From assembly GCF_009914755.1 (NCBI RefSeq), contig NC_060936.1: 64,000 nucleotides of DNA; one strand, 5' to 3'. The first letter of the stretch is position 1. Each line of letters opens with the position of its first letter. A program made the translations under genes and the position numbers. Under the pieces are notes generated by a model. The model saw only the letters and a program-made list of their open reading frames with translations. It was not told the origin of the DNA and did no database searches. Positions 38,381 to 53,130 of the stretch are shown piece by piece. The DNA is from the human T2T-CHM13v2.0 reference genome, Homo sapiens.

Positions 38381-39623
38381 TATCCTTGTATATAATCTTT
38401 TATTATAAGACAATACTGTGAACAACTTTATACAAAATTTCATCAAGAATACTTATAAGACTATTACAGGCTAATATAGCCTGAACATAGATGCAAAAAT
38501 TCCAAACAAAATAGAGTCCAGCGATATATAAAAGAATAATTCATTATAACAAACGGAGTTTTAAAAGCCAATTGTGAGATTAAAATGAAATAATTGAAGA
38601 TACAGTCAATTAACACAAAAGAAAGCCAGAAAAAGGACAGAGGGACAAAAATAAGTGAGATAAATGAAAAACATTGAGCAAAATGCAAGACTTACAGCCA
38701 ACCATACTGATAATTACATTAAACATGATTTGACTAAACACTCTGATGAAAAGATAGAGATCATCAGAATGAATAAATGAAAGCACAATTAAATGTTATG
38801 CCTAGAAGATAAAACATTAAACATAAAGGCACAGATAGATTGAATGTAAAGGAAAGAAAAAGCTATACTATGGAATTTGTAACCATAGAAAGCAGGACTG
38901 GTTCTATTCTCAAAGTGGCTATATTATCAAGACAAGTAGTAGAAAAATAGAGGGAAGTTGTATAATGATAAAATATTCAATTTATCAAAAATACTTAACA
39001 ATCCTGAAGGTGTATCAGACTAATAATTGTGACTCAAAATAAATAAAGCAAAATTAACAGAACTAAAGCAAGTGATAGGCATAGCAAAGATTTAAAAACC
39101 CCTTTGCTGTGATCTGCATGTGTCTCCTCCAAAGTCTATATGTTGAAACTTAATTGCCAGTGTGCCAGTATTAAGAGATGGTTCCTTTAGGAGGTAATGA
39201 GGGCAGACCTCTCATGAATGAGATTAATGACCATTTTGATGTGCATTCTAGGTATGTTAACTCTACATGCCTTAGATTGTGCAATAGTAACTGGGCTCTT
39301 ATGAAAGGGTTTTAACAAATTCCACAAGTTCTAGACTAATTTCTGCAGTTACATCAGCAGCAAAAATATTCACAAAAACAATGGTGCCACTGCATTTCAG
39401 CCTGGGCGACAGAGTGAGACTCCATCTCAAAACAAACAAACAACAAACAAAAAACATAAAGTAACTGGCTAAATCCATATTATTACAGAGACAAGATTGT
39501 TACCTAGAGGAAATAAGTGGTTTTCATTCTATTTTGCTTACTTCTGTTAAATTTCTAACATCCACCTTCTGTAGATCTAAATGAGTGGATTACAACTTAT
39601 TCACACCTCTTTTTTATATATAG

Positions 39624-40043
<420 letters not shown>

Positions 40044-40072
40044 GGCCCAGGAAGAATTTAAATGGTACTTAC

Positions 40073-41058
40073 TCAGTGACACAGGACATATACAAAAAAA
40101 GAGTACGATGAAGCAAGAAAGATTACACCAAGACTTCTTGTTGACTTCTCTCTGAGGCCTACCTGTGTAGCTAAGAGTGCCCGTCCTTTCAGGCCACATT
40201 TCAGGTGCCAGAGAATCCCCAAGAAAGTTTTCTTCATTTGGCCGTATCCAAAAATCACAACATATGAGTGACCCAAAGAATACTGACTTCATATCATAAA
40301 CCAGATATCACAACCAGTTTGTTCTGTAGCAAAAAATACCCCTGTAAATGTCAAGAAAAGGGCAAATTTTTATAGAGCAACAAGACAAAAAAGGAAAACC
40401 GTTTTCTTGGCTCTGAAATGGGCCCGTATACTGGGGTTCTGCAATCCCTGAAATTGAACCTAATGTGTTTCATGTGTCTTCACGAAGAAAGGAGTAACAA
40501 CAAAAAGAAAATCGAAGAAATAGAGAAAGAAGAGAGAGATCCAATAAAGAAGATTATTATATTATTAACATTTTTATTATTACTTACATTGAGTAATCCA
40601 GTCATATGTCTTTCATATTTTTTTGGACACGATACCAGAAGACATCAAAAGTGTACGTCAAAGGAAAGTTGGTAAACAGAAAAGGCAGATACCAGTGGAA
40701 GTATGAAAGCTACCTTGTTAATTCTCCATTTTAGCCAAAAGTAAAAGAGATAGGAGAAATTGACGATCTTTAGGAAATAAAAGACAGCAAGACAAGTAGC
40801 AAATCAAGTGCACAAGTGGTTGGCCAGTCTCCGGACAATGGTAAGGATATGGTTTCTTTCCCTAGCATCAGGGATTTTCTAATAGAAGAATATTGATTCT
40901 GGCTAAGGCCAAACTAGTAAGAATGAAGCCAACCATGCATAACTTCTGATTTCTCATCCAGGCAATGCAATCTGTGAGTCCAATGAATTAATTTCCTACA
41001 TTCCTTTTATAAATCCCCTACCTATTACAGTCATGAAAACCTCCAATATATTCAACAT
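40073..41058 (-). pseudogene. Near-full-length TAS2R pseudogene (TAS2R11-like)
   Basis: GCC-ATG at 41058. Frames read MLNILEVFMTVIG../GN*FIGLTDCIAWMRNQKL..FILTSLALARI/..NHLCT*FATCLAVFYFLKIVNFSYLFYFWLKWRINKV..LSS*RHMKH../GHSYVVIFG..MKKTFL. Multiple stops and frameshifts. Confidence 0.9.
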
Positions 41059-41331
41059 GGCTACAAAGCGAAAATTCTGATCTGCAGTTTGTTGTGTGAC
41101 TAATTTTCAGATGACTTACTGGATAATAACATAGATCTTATGTTTGATTGTGCAGTGTTTTTATTTTATCATGGCTTTTCTTTTTAGCTATAAAGTTTAG
41201 CAAACTGCAGTAAGACAGTGAAATCACTCTCTGTAACATTCATTGAAAATTTCTAACTACCTCTGCTAAGAATTTCCAGTCTTGGTCCAGCTGTCAGCTA
41301 CAAACTGTAAATTTCTTTATAGAAAGATGAT

Positions 41332-41548
41332 CACACTCTGGGGACTGTTGTGGGGTGGGGGGAGGGGGAGGGATAGCATCGGGAGATATACCTAATGCTA
41401 GATGACGAGTTAGTGGGTGCAGTGCACCAGCATGGCACATGTATACATATGTAACTAACCTGCACAATGTGCACATGTACCCTAAAACTTAAAGTATAAT
41501 TTAAAAAATTAAATAAAAATAAAAAAATAAAAACAAAATTAAAAAAAA
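41332..41548 (+). mobile_element. Young 5'-truncated L1PA (L1PA2-like) with 11-bp TSD
   Basis: Near-consensus L1 3' UTR (gatatacctaatgctagatgacgagttagtggg), A-rich tail, TSD agaaagatgat at 41321-41331 and 41549-41559. Confidence 0.9.
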
Positions 41549-42044
41549 AGAAAGATGATTGACAAACCAAATTATCATTTGCTAACATGTAAATAAAGAC
41601 ACAGACTAATTTTCATTGTTTTGAATAAAATTAGTTCTCCTCTTCCAATGAAGTGTTTCATTTGATTTACAAATCTGAAGTTTGAAACAGAAACCTTTCA
41701 CCACATTAAAATTATTCAACATGTAGGGAAAACCAGCAATCCTTATGCTAATTAATTATAATGCAGTCACAGTGTAGATTGCTACATTACAAAGTAAAAT
41801 ACAGAGCTTGAAATTTTCAAGAAACTTGGTGGGCAATATATGAATCTAATATGAGTATCATAATTATCAGGAAAACTTCCCCCACCGCTCCCCACCCCCC
41901 ACTATAAAGATGCAGGCCTTTCAAATAATCTGTCAGTAGCATTTTAAACACATTTTTAAAAATGATGTCTTTCAGTGAAACATAAGCACCCCAAACTAAA
42001 CATGGAAAAAGTGAACTTCTTTTGTTTCCTCAAAAACAAGATTC

Positions 42045-42262
42045 TAGCACTTTGGGAGGCTGAGGCAGGCGGATTGCTTGGGCCCAGGAGTTTGAGACCA
42101 GCTTGGGCAACGTAGCAAAACCCCGACTCTACCAAAAATACAAAAATTAGCTAGGTTAGGTGTGTTGGCACACGCCTCTGATCCCAGATACACAGGAGGT
42201 GGAGGTGGGAGGATCACCTGAGCCCAGGGAGGTTGAGGCTGTAGTGAGCCACGAAAAAAAAA
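42045..42262 (+). mobile_element. Truncated AluJ
   Basis: Alu body lacking the 5' start and the 3' end, followed by an A run. Confidence 0.8.
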
Positions 42263-42569
42263 ATGTTTTTTTTGAGATAAAAGAGTCTTCAAATATTTCC
42301 ACAGAACTTTGTTAAGGTTACATTGTCTTGAGGGGAAAATGCTTAAAAAGTCATGAATATACTTAGGATGATCTGTTATGTGTATATCCATATACACAGA
42401 TATAGGTACATATATGGCTACATATACATAAACATATACATGTATACAAATACACACAGACACATCTATTTATACACACATTGTACTGTGATTTGTCCTC
42501 TACTTCTCTGTATTTTAGCTTGTCTGGTTTTTGTTACTTGGATTGCTTCTTTTTTTGCATTATTTTATT

Positions 42570-43680
42570 ATTTTTAATAAACGCAATAATTGTACATATT
42601 TATGTGATACAGTGTGATATGTGAATACATTTATACAATGTGTAATGATCAAATCAAGGCAATTAGCATATCCGTTTCTCAAATATTTAACATTTCTTCG
42701 TGTTGGGCACATTCAAAATTTGTTTTTCTAGCTCTTGTAAAATATACAATAAATTGTTGTAATTGTAGTCACCCTACTGTGCTATAGAACACTAGAACTT
42801 GTTCCTTCTATCTGGCTATACTTTTGTATTCATTAACCAACCTTTGGCTATCTCCCTCTCCCTTCTCCCCTATCACATCTCTAGGAACCATTATTCTGCT
42901 TCCTACTTCTACGGAATCAACTTTATTAGCTTCCACATATGTGTGAACATGTCATGTTTGTCTTTCTGTATCTGGCTTATTTCACTTAACAGATGTTCTC
43001 CAGTCTCATGGATGCTTCCATAAATGACCAAATTTCCTTCTTTTAATGGCTAAATAGTATTCCATTCATTATGTGTATATATCATGTTTTCTAATCCATT
43101 CAAATGTTAATGGACACTTAGGTTGATTTCATGTCTCGGCTATTATGAATGGTGTTGCAAAACACATGGGAGTGCAGATATCACTTCGACATATTGATTT
43201 CCTTTCCTTTGGATACATACCCAGTGGTGGGATTGCTGAATCATATGGTAGTTATATTTTTAGTTTTTAAGAACTTCCATTCTGTTCTCCATAATGACTA
43301 AACTAATTTATATTTGTACCAACAGTGTGTAAAACTTCCTCCTCCACATCCTCACAAGCATTTGTGTTTTTTTGTCTTTTTGAAAATAGCCATTATAACT
43401 AGAATAAAATAATATCTCATTGAGGTTTTTATTTGCATTTCTCTGATGATTAGTTATATTGAGCACCTTTTTATATACCTATTGGCCATTTGTATGTCTT
43501 CTTTTGAGAGATATCTATACAGTTAATTTGCCCATGTTTTAATCTAATTATTTGTGTTTTTGACTGAGTTCCTTCTATAGTCTGGATATGAATTCCTTGA
43601 TAAATGAATAGTTTTCAAATATTTTCTCTTATTCTAGAGGTTGTATCGTCAGTCTGTCGATTGTATATTTGTGTATGCTT
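42570..43680 (-). mobile_element. L1MA-type 3' end
   Basis: Reverse L1 3' UTR/ORF2 end (cccagtggtgggattgctgaatcatatggtag, atttgcatttctctgatgattag). Confidence 0.85.
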
Positions 43681-44007
43681 TTATCAAATCAACATAATGT
43701 AAACTAAATGAGATAAAGCTAAAATGGTCATCGCTTGCTTAACATAAAATGCATTATTCATCTAATTTTATTGTTACTATTATATAATACTATAATTTTA
43801 ATTTTGCCATTGATTATATAGTTGCAATTCTGATGGAAACAGTGAAATCACTTTCTTTTAACTTATTTCAGGCAGATAATTTCATCAATGAGGCTCAATG
43901 ATCTATCACCAAACATAATAAAAGAAGTTGGATTAAATGAAAGGGATGTGTGCTGAGTTATTTGTTGTCTTCATTTTTGAGAGAATTACCAATCAATTCA
44001 GGTGTGT

Positions 44008-44509
44008 TTATGAGGATTTAGATTTCCTTATATTCATGTAACACCGAAGGTTCCTCAGCACACAGAGAGAAGCCTGTTTCAGTTTGCTGTTCCATAAAAT
44101 CAGAAAAAAATGAATGACTGAATAGATAGAAAAATGCTAACTCAAGAGCAAAAATCTGTGCCACAATGCTATCTAGATTAAAATAATTTCGCTTTATAAT
44201 CGTATTGCTCAAATAGTATATAATAAAGAGGAGCAGGAATGAAATTATAGATATTAGGGGATGTCAAACTTATCCTTGCATTCTTATTGTACAAAATTTC
44301 CTCAGTTTACATTTAAGCCCACATGTAAAATTACAGCAGAATATTCTGGAAATTGCCCAACAGGTGAGAATAAAATCTATCAGGGAGAGTTTCCAGCGCC
44401 TGATCCAATCAATGCAGTGAACCAGCACCATAACTCTACTTCTCTGAATCCCCATTATGAAATCTATAGCAGAAATCATTGTAAGCATATTCTTCAACAT
44501 GTTTGCCAT
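44008..44509 (-). pseudogene. Internally deleted TAS2R pseudogene (TM1-TM2 fused to TM6-TM7; TAS2R12-clade-like)
   Basis: N-terminus MANMLKNML..VLVHCIDWIRRWKLSLIDFILTCWAISRIF, then after about 44256 [42 protein letters not shown] (stop at 44008-44010). TM3-TM5 absent. Confidence 0.88.
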
Positions 44510-45286
44510 GCTTGATTATGGGATCTCTGCTTTCTGTACACCACTGATTTATAAATAAGATGTTATAAATTTGTGTATCCAAAGCTTTAGTGTTCAATAT
44601 GTTTCTTTATCCTGTGCTATTGATTGACACTGGAAAAGAATGGAATGCCTCCAGTGTGCTCCCAGACAAAGTCCTAGTTGTCTTTGAAAAACGAAAACTA
44701 CCTTTATTTTTCTCAGAATTTCAGCTAGTGATTTTCAAGGCAGATATTATATTACCTGCTGTTGTGACACTGTTTATAATTTCCTTGTAAAGCTATCAAC
44801 TAGGATTTGAATTCTGATTTGTTAAAATACAAAATAGAGATTTTAAAATATTTTTTGCATCTTTTTTTCCTTAAGATTTAAATGTTTTTTATTCATTCAC
44901 CTTAGTTATAAGCTAGAAACATTAAAATATGGTGTCTTCATGGATCTCCTGAGAAGCAAGGCAGTCATTGGGATAAATGCCTATATGAGAAAGCAAGGAG
45001 AGAGCGAAAGGTGAACAGAGCTATTGTACTAGGATATAACTTTGACCCCTGTGAAGGAGAGAGAGAGGGAAAGAAGGAAGGTCTTAGGCAGCAGTGCAGT
45101 CCTGAGAACATTTCAAGATGTCCAGTAGGGAGTTATCAAGCCCAAGGTGCAAATTAGAGGAGTCCTGAGTCTCCCAGGAGCAGGCCTGACCATTGAATCT
45201 GCCCCCTTCTCTGTCTTTGGCTGAAAGCGGCTCATGGAAGTGAATGGGGTGATAGATTTCATAGCATAGGTGCCATGCTTGTTAGC

Positions 45287-45750
45287 TGTTGGGGAAATAC
45301 GATTAAAAACAAAGTCTCCTCCCAACCCAGAAAGTCTCTCCACAAATGTAATAGAGAAAGAAAATAGTTTTCTTATTAAATAAATATTAAACCAGAATCT
45401 GATATACATTACAGGCAACCTACTAAGAGACTGCAAAGACAGAAAGAGATCTCACCCGTTTTTATATAGCCAATATATGCATATGACCCAATATATACAT
45501 TTTCTCAAGTTAAGTGATAACTAATCCCCAAGAGAGAGGACTTGGCAGCATTATTTATTACGCATAGTTTATCTTAAATTTACCTGGAAATTGGGGTGGC
45601 CATCTGTGTTAGTTAACAGACTTTAAACAAAGGACAAATAAACACAGATCTTTATGTAGGAGATAGTCTTGCCATTTGGAGCCTGGTGGCCATTGAAGTT
45701 AGGCTCCTGCTCCCAGCAGAAACTGAGAGATAAGGGTGCTTATTTGTAAA
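45287..45750 (-). mobile_element. ERV-class solo LTR (MER4-group-like) within MLT1-like sequence
   Basis: tgttggggaaatacgattaaaaacaaagtctcctcccaacccag.. terminus and a - strand TATA box (ttttatatagcc). Family recalled, not verified. Confidence 0.55.
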
Positions 45751-45979
45751 AGAGATGATTAAGCTTCTTTATTTTTAGTGTGTATTTGCCCTTCTGCAGC
45801 TAATTGTGCTCCCTCAAGACAGAGATTTCAGAGGCACATTCCTATCACATGCCACAAATGTCTAAAATGACAGTTTATCTTCTTACTCACCTCGCCAATA
45901 CATATTATGTATAAAGTACCCAAGGTTTAAGTAAATACACAAAATCTGCTTTCTGATACTATATCAGGATCGCTTAGAG

Positions 45980-46790
45980 TCTGTGGCAGTTTTGAAACAT
46001 GGCTGCAAACTCTTTGATCCTCTTCCTTTTGAGGCCTAGGGTCTGCAGACCTTCCTCTTAAAACTGAGTGGGCTTGTAACTGCTTTAAACAATGACGTGT
46101 GGTGGAAACGACATCATATACTTTCTAAGGCTATCAAGAAAAACTGTATGGCTTTTCCGTTACTCACTGGAAAGTTTCCTCTTACAATCCTGAACCACTT
46201 CATAAGAAGTCTGACAAAGTTGAGACCAGCATGCTGTGAGGAAGCTCAAGCCACACGAGGAGGCCACATGTAGGCAATATAGTCAACCATTTCAAATGAG
46301 CCCGTACTTCTGATCATCCAAGTCCAGTGATAGACATGAGAGTAAAGGTCTGCTTGGTTATTGCAGCCCCTGCCACTTGAGTCATAGTCCGCTGTCTACA
46401 TATTCTAAGGTGAAGGTCTAGACATTTTGAAGAAGAGACAAGCCTTCTCATAGTGCCCTGTCTGAATTACTGACCCACAGAATCTGGAAGCATAATAAAG
46501 TACTGTTGTTTTACACCCACTAGGGCCTATTGGGGTGGGGGTTGGGGGAGGAGGAACATCAGGAAGAATAGCTAGTAGATGTTGGGCTTAATACCTAGGT
46601 GATGGGCTGATCTGTGCATCAGACCACCATGGCACATGTTTACCAATGTAACCGCACATTCTGCACATGTACTTCAGAACTTAAAAGTTGAAGAAAAAAT
46701 ACACAAAATAAAATAAAATAAAATATTGTTGTTTTGTATCTCTGAGTTTTGGACTCAGGGTGTTTTAAAGATCAATGCATAACTAAAATA
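45980..46790 (+). mobile_element. MLT1 LTR interrupted by an L1PB/PA 3' end (~46520-46725)
   Basis: tgtggcagttttgaaacatggctgcaaactcttt..ctgacccacagaatc..; L1 3' end gggcttaatacctaggtgatggg. Confidence 0.7.
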
Positions 46791-46844
46791 GAATTATTTA
46801 GCACATACATAAGGAAAGTCTTTTACTAGCTTAGTTTTTATTTT

Positions 46845-47335
46845 CTTAGCATCATTATTTATAGTAGCCAAAAGATAGAAAAAAACCCAAATGTTCATCA
46901 ATGAATAAATAAATAGACAAAAGGTGGTTTAGTCATGTAATCAAATATTATTTAACTATTAAAGGGAATAAAGTACTGATACGTACAACATGTATGAGTC
47001 TTGAAATTATGCTAAGTAAAAGAAACCAATCACAAAAGATCCCATATTATATAATGCCATTCAGTCGAAAGTCCAGAATAGGAAAATATACAGATGCAGG
47101 AAGAAGATTAATAGATGCTTAGGCTGGGGTGGGGAGAAAGGTGGGATGATGGGGGAATAGGGAGGTGATATCTAATGGATATGGGGTTTCTTTTTGAAGT
47201 GATAAAATGTTCTACAATTGACAGTGGTGATGGTTGCACATGTCTGTGGAATATATTAAAAATCATTTAATTGAACACTAAATGAGTGAATTGTATATTA
47301 TGTGAACTATATCTCAATTAAAGCATTTAAGGCAA
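46845..47335 (+). mobile_element. L1MB/ME 3' end
   Basis: ggtgatggttgcaca..tgaattgtatattatgtgaactatatctcaattaaagc. Confidence 0.75.
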
Positions 47336-47865
47336 AAACAAGTTACATATGACATTTTTCCTTATAGAATATGTAACATCTGTGTATATTTTTCATAATT
47401 TTATTATACCTTGTAGTAACACTATTAGCTCAGTCATCTTTAATTCTGGTGAGGTATAAATAAAATACCAAAAGCTTTACATCATTTCACTTTTGTTGAC
47501 TATTACTTATTGAGAAACTTTTTACTCTTTGGATGAGACATGATAGGATAGGCTATGCTGTAGCATCTACAATGTAAGTTTCATGAAAGGTTCATTTCTC
47601 GGTTCACATTACATGACTAATTGAATTTAAAAATGCAGAGTGAGGTGAGGATAGTTTTCATGTAGTCTCTCAGGAATACAAGCTAGTGGAGTATCTAACA
47701 CTAAACATGTGTCTTTCAAGTCCCTCACTTAGGAAGAAAAGAGACACGAAGAGCCTTCTTTTACATATGAATATTCAACTGTTCCAAAATGATTAGTTGA
47801 AAAGATAATCCTAATCTTTTTTTTTCAGTCTTTAAGTGCTCTTTTCTTTTATTCTCAGCCCCCTT

Positions 47866-47992
47866 TATTGTTATTATTATTTTCATTTCATTATTATTAT
47901 ACTTTAAGTTCTAGGGTACATGTGCACAACGTGCAGGTTTGTTACATATGTATACATGTGCCATGTTGGTGTGCTGCACCCATTAACTCGTC
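47866..47992 (-). mobile_element. L1PA 3' terminal fragment
   Basis: tatactttaagttctagggtacatgtgcacaacgtgcagg..cccattaactcgtca. Confidence 0.85.
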
Positions 47993-48920
47993 AGATTTTA
48001 TGTTTCTTTATCCTGGCTTGATAAAACCCATTGTCTCAGGACTTTTCTTCTAAATAGAAAAGTAGTCTGAAGGCTCGTCCTGATTCATTTTAAGACTGTA
48101 GTATTTCTCTTCTGCCAGTTAATATGTTTTCACTTTTTCTATTTTCTTTTTATATCCAATACATTTCAGTATGAAATTTTGTGATGGTCCACTAGTCTGA
48201 TGTGCACAATTTAGCCAGGAATAAATATTAGTGGATTCAAAATAGGCACTCAAACTATCTGTCCAGATTTTTTAAGTGTTGTTGGTTTTTTTCTTTCTTT
48301 TTTTTTTTTTTTCAAATTTCAACTGATGAATGAAAGTAGCTGCCTAGAGAATAATGAGGTGGGTGCCAAACCTGGGTTCATTGAAGGCGTTATAGCACCT
48401 GTGCCATGCTATAACTTAGATAAGTGACCTTATCTAAGCCCATGGCTTCAAATGCCACTGAAACTGGTGAATTTATCTTTTAGGAATGGAAGGGCTATAG
48501 AGATATTTGATGAAAGAAAACTAAGAGGATTTGTCACCAGAACATCTACCTTTTAAAAGGGGGCTAAAGAAAATTCTCTAGCCAAGAAAAATAAATTAAA
48601 AAAGAAAGTTTCAAACAAAAAGATTAAAGAAAACACAATGGAAAGGAAGAATGAATAAATTCATCTTCCTTTTCTTCTTCAGTTTGGTAAATGTATTTGA
48701 CAGTTGAAGTTACAATTATGACATTATCAGCTGTGATTGTAAACTTGATTTCAGTAACATTTGAAGCCATGGGCTTAGACAAGGTCACTTAGGAATAGTG
48801 TAGATATCAGGACAAGTAAGACCTCTGAGACAGCCATGTGGGAACTCGACATAGCAAGCAAGCGATGGGGAGCCCCACCCAGTGACTGTCTTCACTCTAG
48901 CAGCTCTCAGTGAAGGCTTC

Positions 48921-49851
<931 letters not shown>

Positions 49852-50099
49852 GCTTCCCTGTGCCAAGCATGGATGGAGCTGAGAGCTTTATATGGGTTAC
49901 TTACAAAATATACATGTTTTATACAATAATATTAATAGTACAAAATAATTACTTTGTACCAAAAATTAATTGTACAAAATATTAATTAAAATATTTAACA
50001 TAACATTTGTACAATGTATATAAAAATATAAATATCCCATAAAATTTGATAATAGCATATGCTATTTTATTTCTATAATATAGACACTCTTCAATACTC

Positions 50100-52790
50100 A
50101 GCAACTTTGTTCACATTAGACCACTTTTATTTGTAATTATTGATATGTTGGGTCACAAACCTGCCATTTTACTTTATGATTTCTGCTTATCCGTTTTTTT
50201 TTCTTTTTTTGTAATTGTTGTTTTGTACGCCTTGCTTTCATGTGTGTTACTTTAATTTTCTTTTTTTAGAATTCCATTGAGGTTTATCTGTGGTATTTTT
50301 GAGTATATCTCTGTGTGCAGACATCTTAGTGGATGCTGTAGGTTTTACAGCACATGTAATAACTTATCATGGTTTAATAGGGTCAAAATTTTAGTACTTT
50401 GAAAGATGTACGGAAACCTTATTCCTTGATTCCCTATATGTCTCTTTACCCTCCTCTGTTCCTTATATAGTTGTCTTAAATATTTACCTATATACACTTA
50501 AAATCGCATCTGATAATGTCATAATTTTAACTTCAGCTGTCAAATAAATTTACCAAACTGAAGAGGAAAAGGAAGATGAAGTTATTCATTTTTTCCCTTT
50601 CCATTGTGTTTTCTTTAATTTTGGTGTTTTAAAGTTTCTTTTTTAATCTTTTTTCTTTTTTTTTTTCCTGGATAGAGAATTTTCTTGAGCCCCTTTTTAA
50701 AAGGTAGACCTTCTGGTGACAAATCCTCTCAGCTTTCTTTCATCAAATGTCTTTATAGCCCTTCCATTCCTAAAAGACAAATATACCAGATATAAAAACC
50801 AGAATTGAAAGTTATTTTATTTCATCACATAGACAGTGTTGTGCCACTTTTCTATGGCTTTCATCTATTTCTGATGTTTCCTGCTTCCATTTGTATTGTT
50901 TTCTCTCCTATAGATGAGCTATTTCCTCTAGCTGCTTTCAAAATTTGTTCTTTCTTTTAATTTTCAGATATTTTACCATGGTATACCTTAGTTTGGATTC
51001 TTTGTGTTTGTCTTGGTTAGTTTTATGCACTGAAAGTTTGTGTCCCCTCAAAATTCATATGTAGACATCCTAAATTCAATGTGATGTTATTTGGAGGTTA
51101 GGCCTTTGGGAGGTAATTAGGGTTAGATTAAGTCATGAGGGTGGGGCCCTCATGTTGAGATCAGAGGCCTTATAAAAAAAAAAAAGAGAGAGAGAGAGGG
51201 AGAAGGAGACAAGAGATATCTTTTTCTTTTCTCCAACATGTGAGGATACAATGAGATGATGTCCATCTATAGCCAAAAAATGTCTTCAGCAGAACTCATC
51301 TGTGCTGGCATTCTGATCACGGTCTTCCAGCCTCCAGTATTGTGAGCAACACATTTTTGTTTTTATAAACCACCCATTCTATGGTATTCTGATACAGTGC
51401 TAAGAGATTTTGGGTTTGCTTGAATTTAGGAATCTGTGGGTTTTTGCCTATTGCCAAATTAAGGAAGTTTTCAGTCTTTGAGACCTTTCTCAAAGTTGCC
51501 CATTTCTTCTCTCCTTCTGGGACTCTGATAACACAAAAATTAGGCCTTCAGTTATAATACTACAGGTCCCTGAGGCTGTGTTTATAGTTTTTTCCTGCTT
51601 ACCTTCATGAATTTTTTATGTGGTTATTGTAAGTTTCAGTTCTAAAATGTCCATTCAGTTCTTTCATATATTTTAATTTTTTGGCTGAGATAATTTTTAA
51701 ATTTGTTTCATATATGTTTGTAAGCAATATACTGGAAGCATTTTTATGATGACTGCTTTAAAATATTTTCTGAATAATTCCAACATCTTTGTCATTTTTG
51801 TTCTGGAATCTTCTAATTACCTTTTACATTCAAGTTGAGATTTTTCCTGGTTCTTTGTATACCAAATGATTTCTAAATGAACCAGGACATTTTAGGCATT
51901 ATGAGACTCTAGAACTTATTTACCTTTTCTGTCTTAGCTAGCTTCCTCAGACACTACTCCAGCAAGGCAAGGGAGTGAGGGAGGGACACTGCATTACTGC
52001 CAGGTGATGATAGAAATAAAGGTTTCCTCTCAATCTCTGTTGACACCTAGGCAGGCGGAGGTTCCTCATTACTGCTGGCTGGAGGGTGGATTCTGGGTCA
52101 CCACTGGGCCTCCACTGATAGCCTGTCTCGGAGGAAGAAGTGACTTGTTACTGTTTCCCACATGGCCTCCACAAGCACCACCTGGTATGGAAAGGAGGGT
52201 GCTTCTTCATTGCTGCTTTTAGAGTAGATCCAGCTCCCCATTTGCTCTCCAGTCATATCAAGGTGTGGAAGGAGAGTGAGGGGCTTATTACCACAAGTTG
52301 GGGATGAAAGTTCCAACTTCTGCTATTCTGAGATACTATTCTGGAGGAGGGTTGGGACACCTTGTCACAGCCTGGCTGGTATGAAGATCTAAAGATCTAA
52401 GCTCTTCACTTGAGGTAATAGTGTTTTCTGTGGTACTTGACTACAGTAGAGTGGTTATTGTCGAAATGTTTTCTGCCTTGGTAGACTATTTCCTTGACCT
52501 TTGCCTAAAATAATAGGCTTTTGTTGGGAAATTCTCATATGTGCCTGTTAGTATTTCTATGTTGATGGCATTTTCAGCTAAAAGTCTGCAAATTATAAAG
52601 CAGAAAAGAAAACTTAGAGGATTCATCACTATACAATTTATTAAGTCCCTACCACATCTGCCTTGGTCTCTCCAGGTCTGAGTTTTCATATATTTTATAT
52701 ATAATGTTCAGGGTTTATAGTTTTTCTTAGTAGAAGGAATAGGGCAAAATACATTTACTCCATTTTTCTGGAAGCAGAAATTGGTTTACT
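50100..52790 (-). mobile_element. Ancient L1M fragment with an inserted MST/MLT1A LTR (~51025-51405, +)
   Basis: Degenerate reverse L1 (tacaggtccctgaggctgtg; tactccatttttctggaagcagaa). LTR gtgtcccctcaaaattcatatg..ggtggggccctcatg. Confidence 0.55.
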
Positions 52791-53130
52791 TTCTGTAAGA
52801 AAGCAGTTGGTGAATTTCTGTCTAAATTCTCTGCCTTTTCAAGAGGAACTGGGCTTTACTTCTCAGATAACAACTGAGCAACGATAGACCTACAGGTGGC
52901 ATTACTCTCTGTATAGGTAGAGAATAGGCTGAATATTAAATGTTAAGGAGCAGAATCATTGGAATTTAAATGAGGAAGGAGACTTAGTTTTTATTCACGT
53001 TAACCAGCCACCTGATGACATGCAACAGTGCGTTTGTTCATCAACATACCTTTTAGATGGCCTTTCTGCTTCTTTTTTGAATGGCTTTAATGCTAAAGAA
53101 AGCAAGTGTTTATCAAATAATCTATTTTTT

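Larger units (their letters stand above)
36550..39100 (+). mobile_element. Degenerate old L1 (ORF1 end / ORF2 endonuclease region), interrupted
   Basis: L1 ORF2-like motifs (aatgtaaatgaactaaatactcca, tcttttcaagtgcacata, tctcaagaagctagaaa). Confidence 0.6.

Noticed and set aside
40073-44509. Joining the 44.3-44.5 kb TAS2R N-terminus to the 40.1-40.8 kb C-terminus as one interrupted gene
   Set aside because: Each piece has its own start and its own TM6-TM7 end, so they are two separate pseudogenes.
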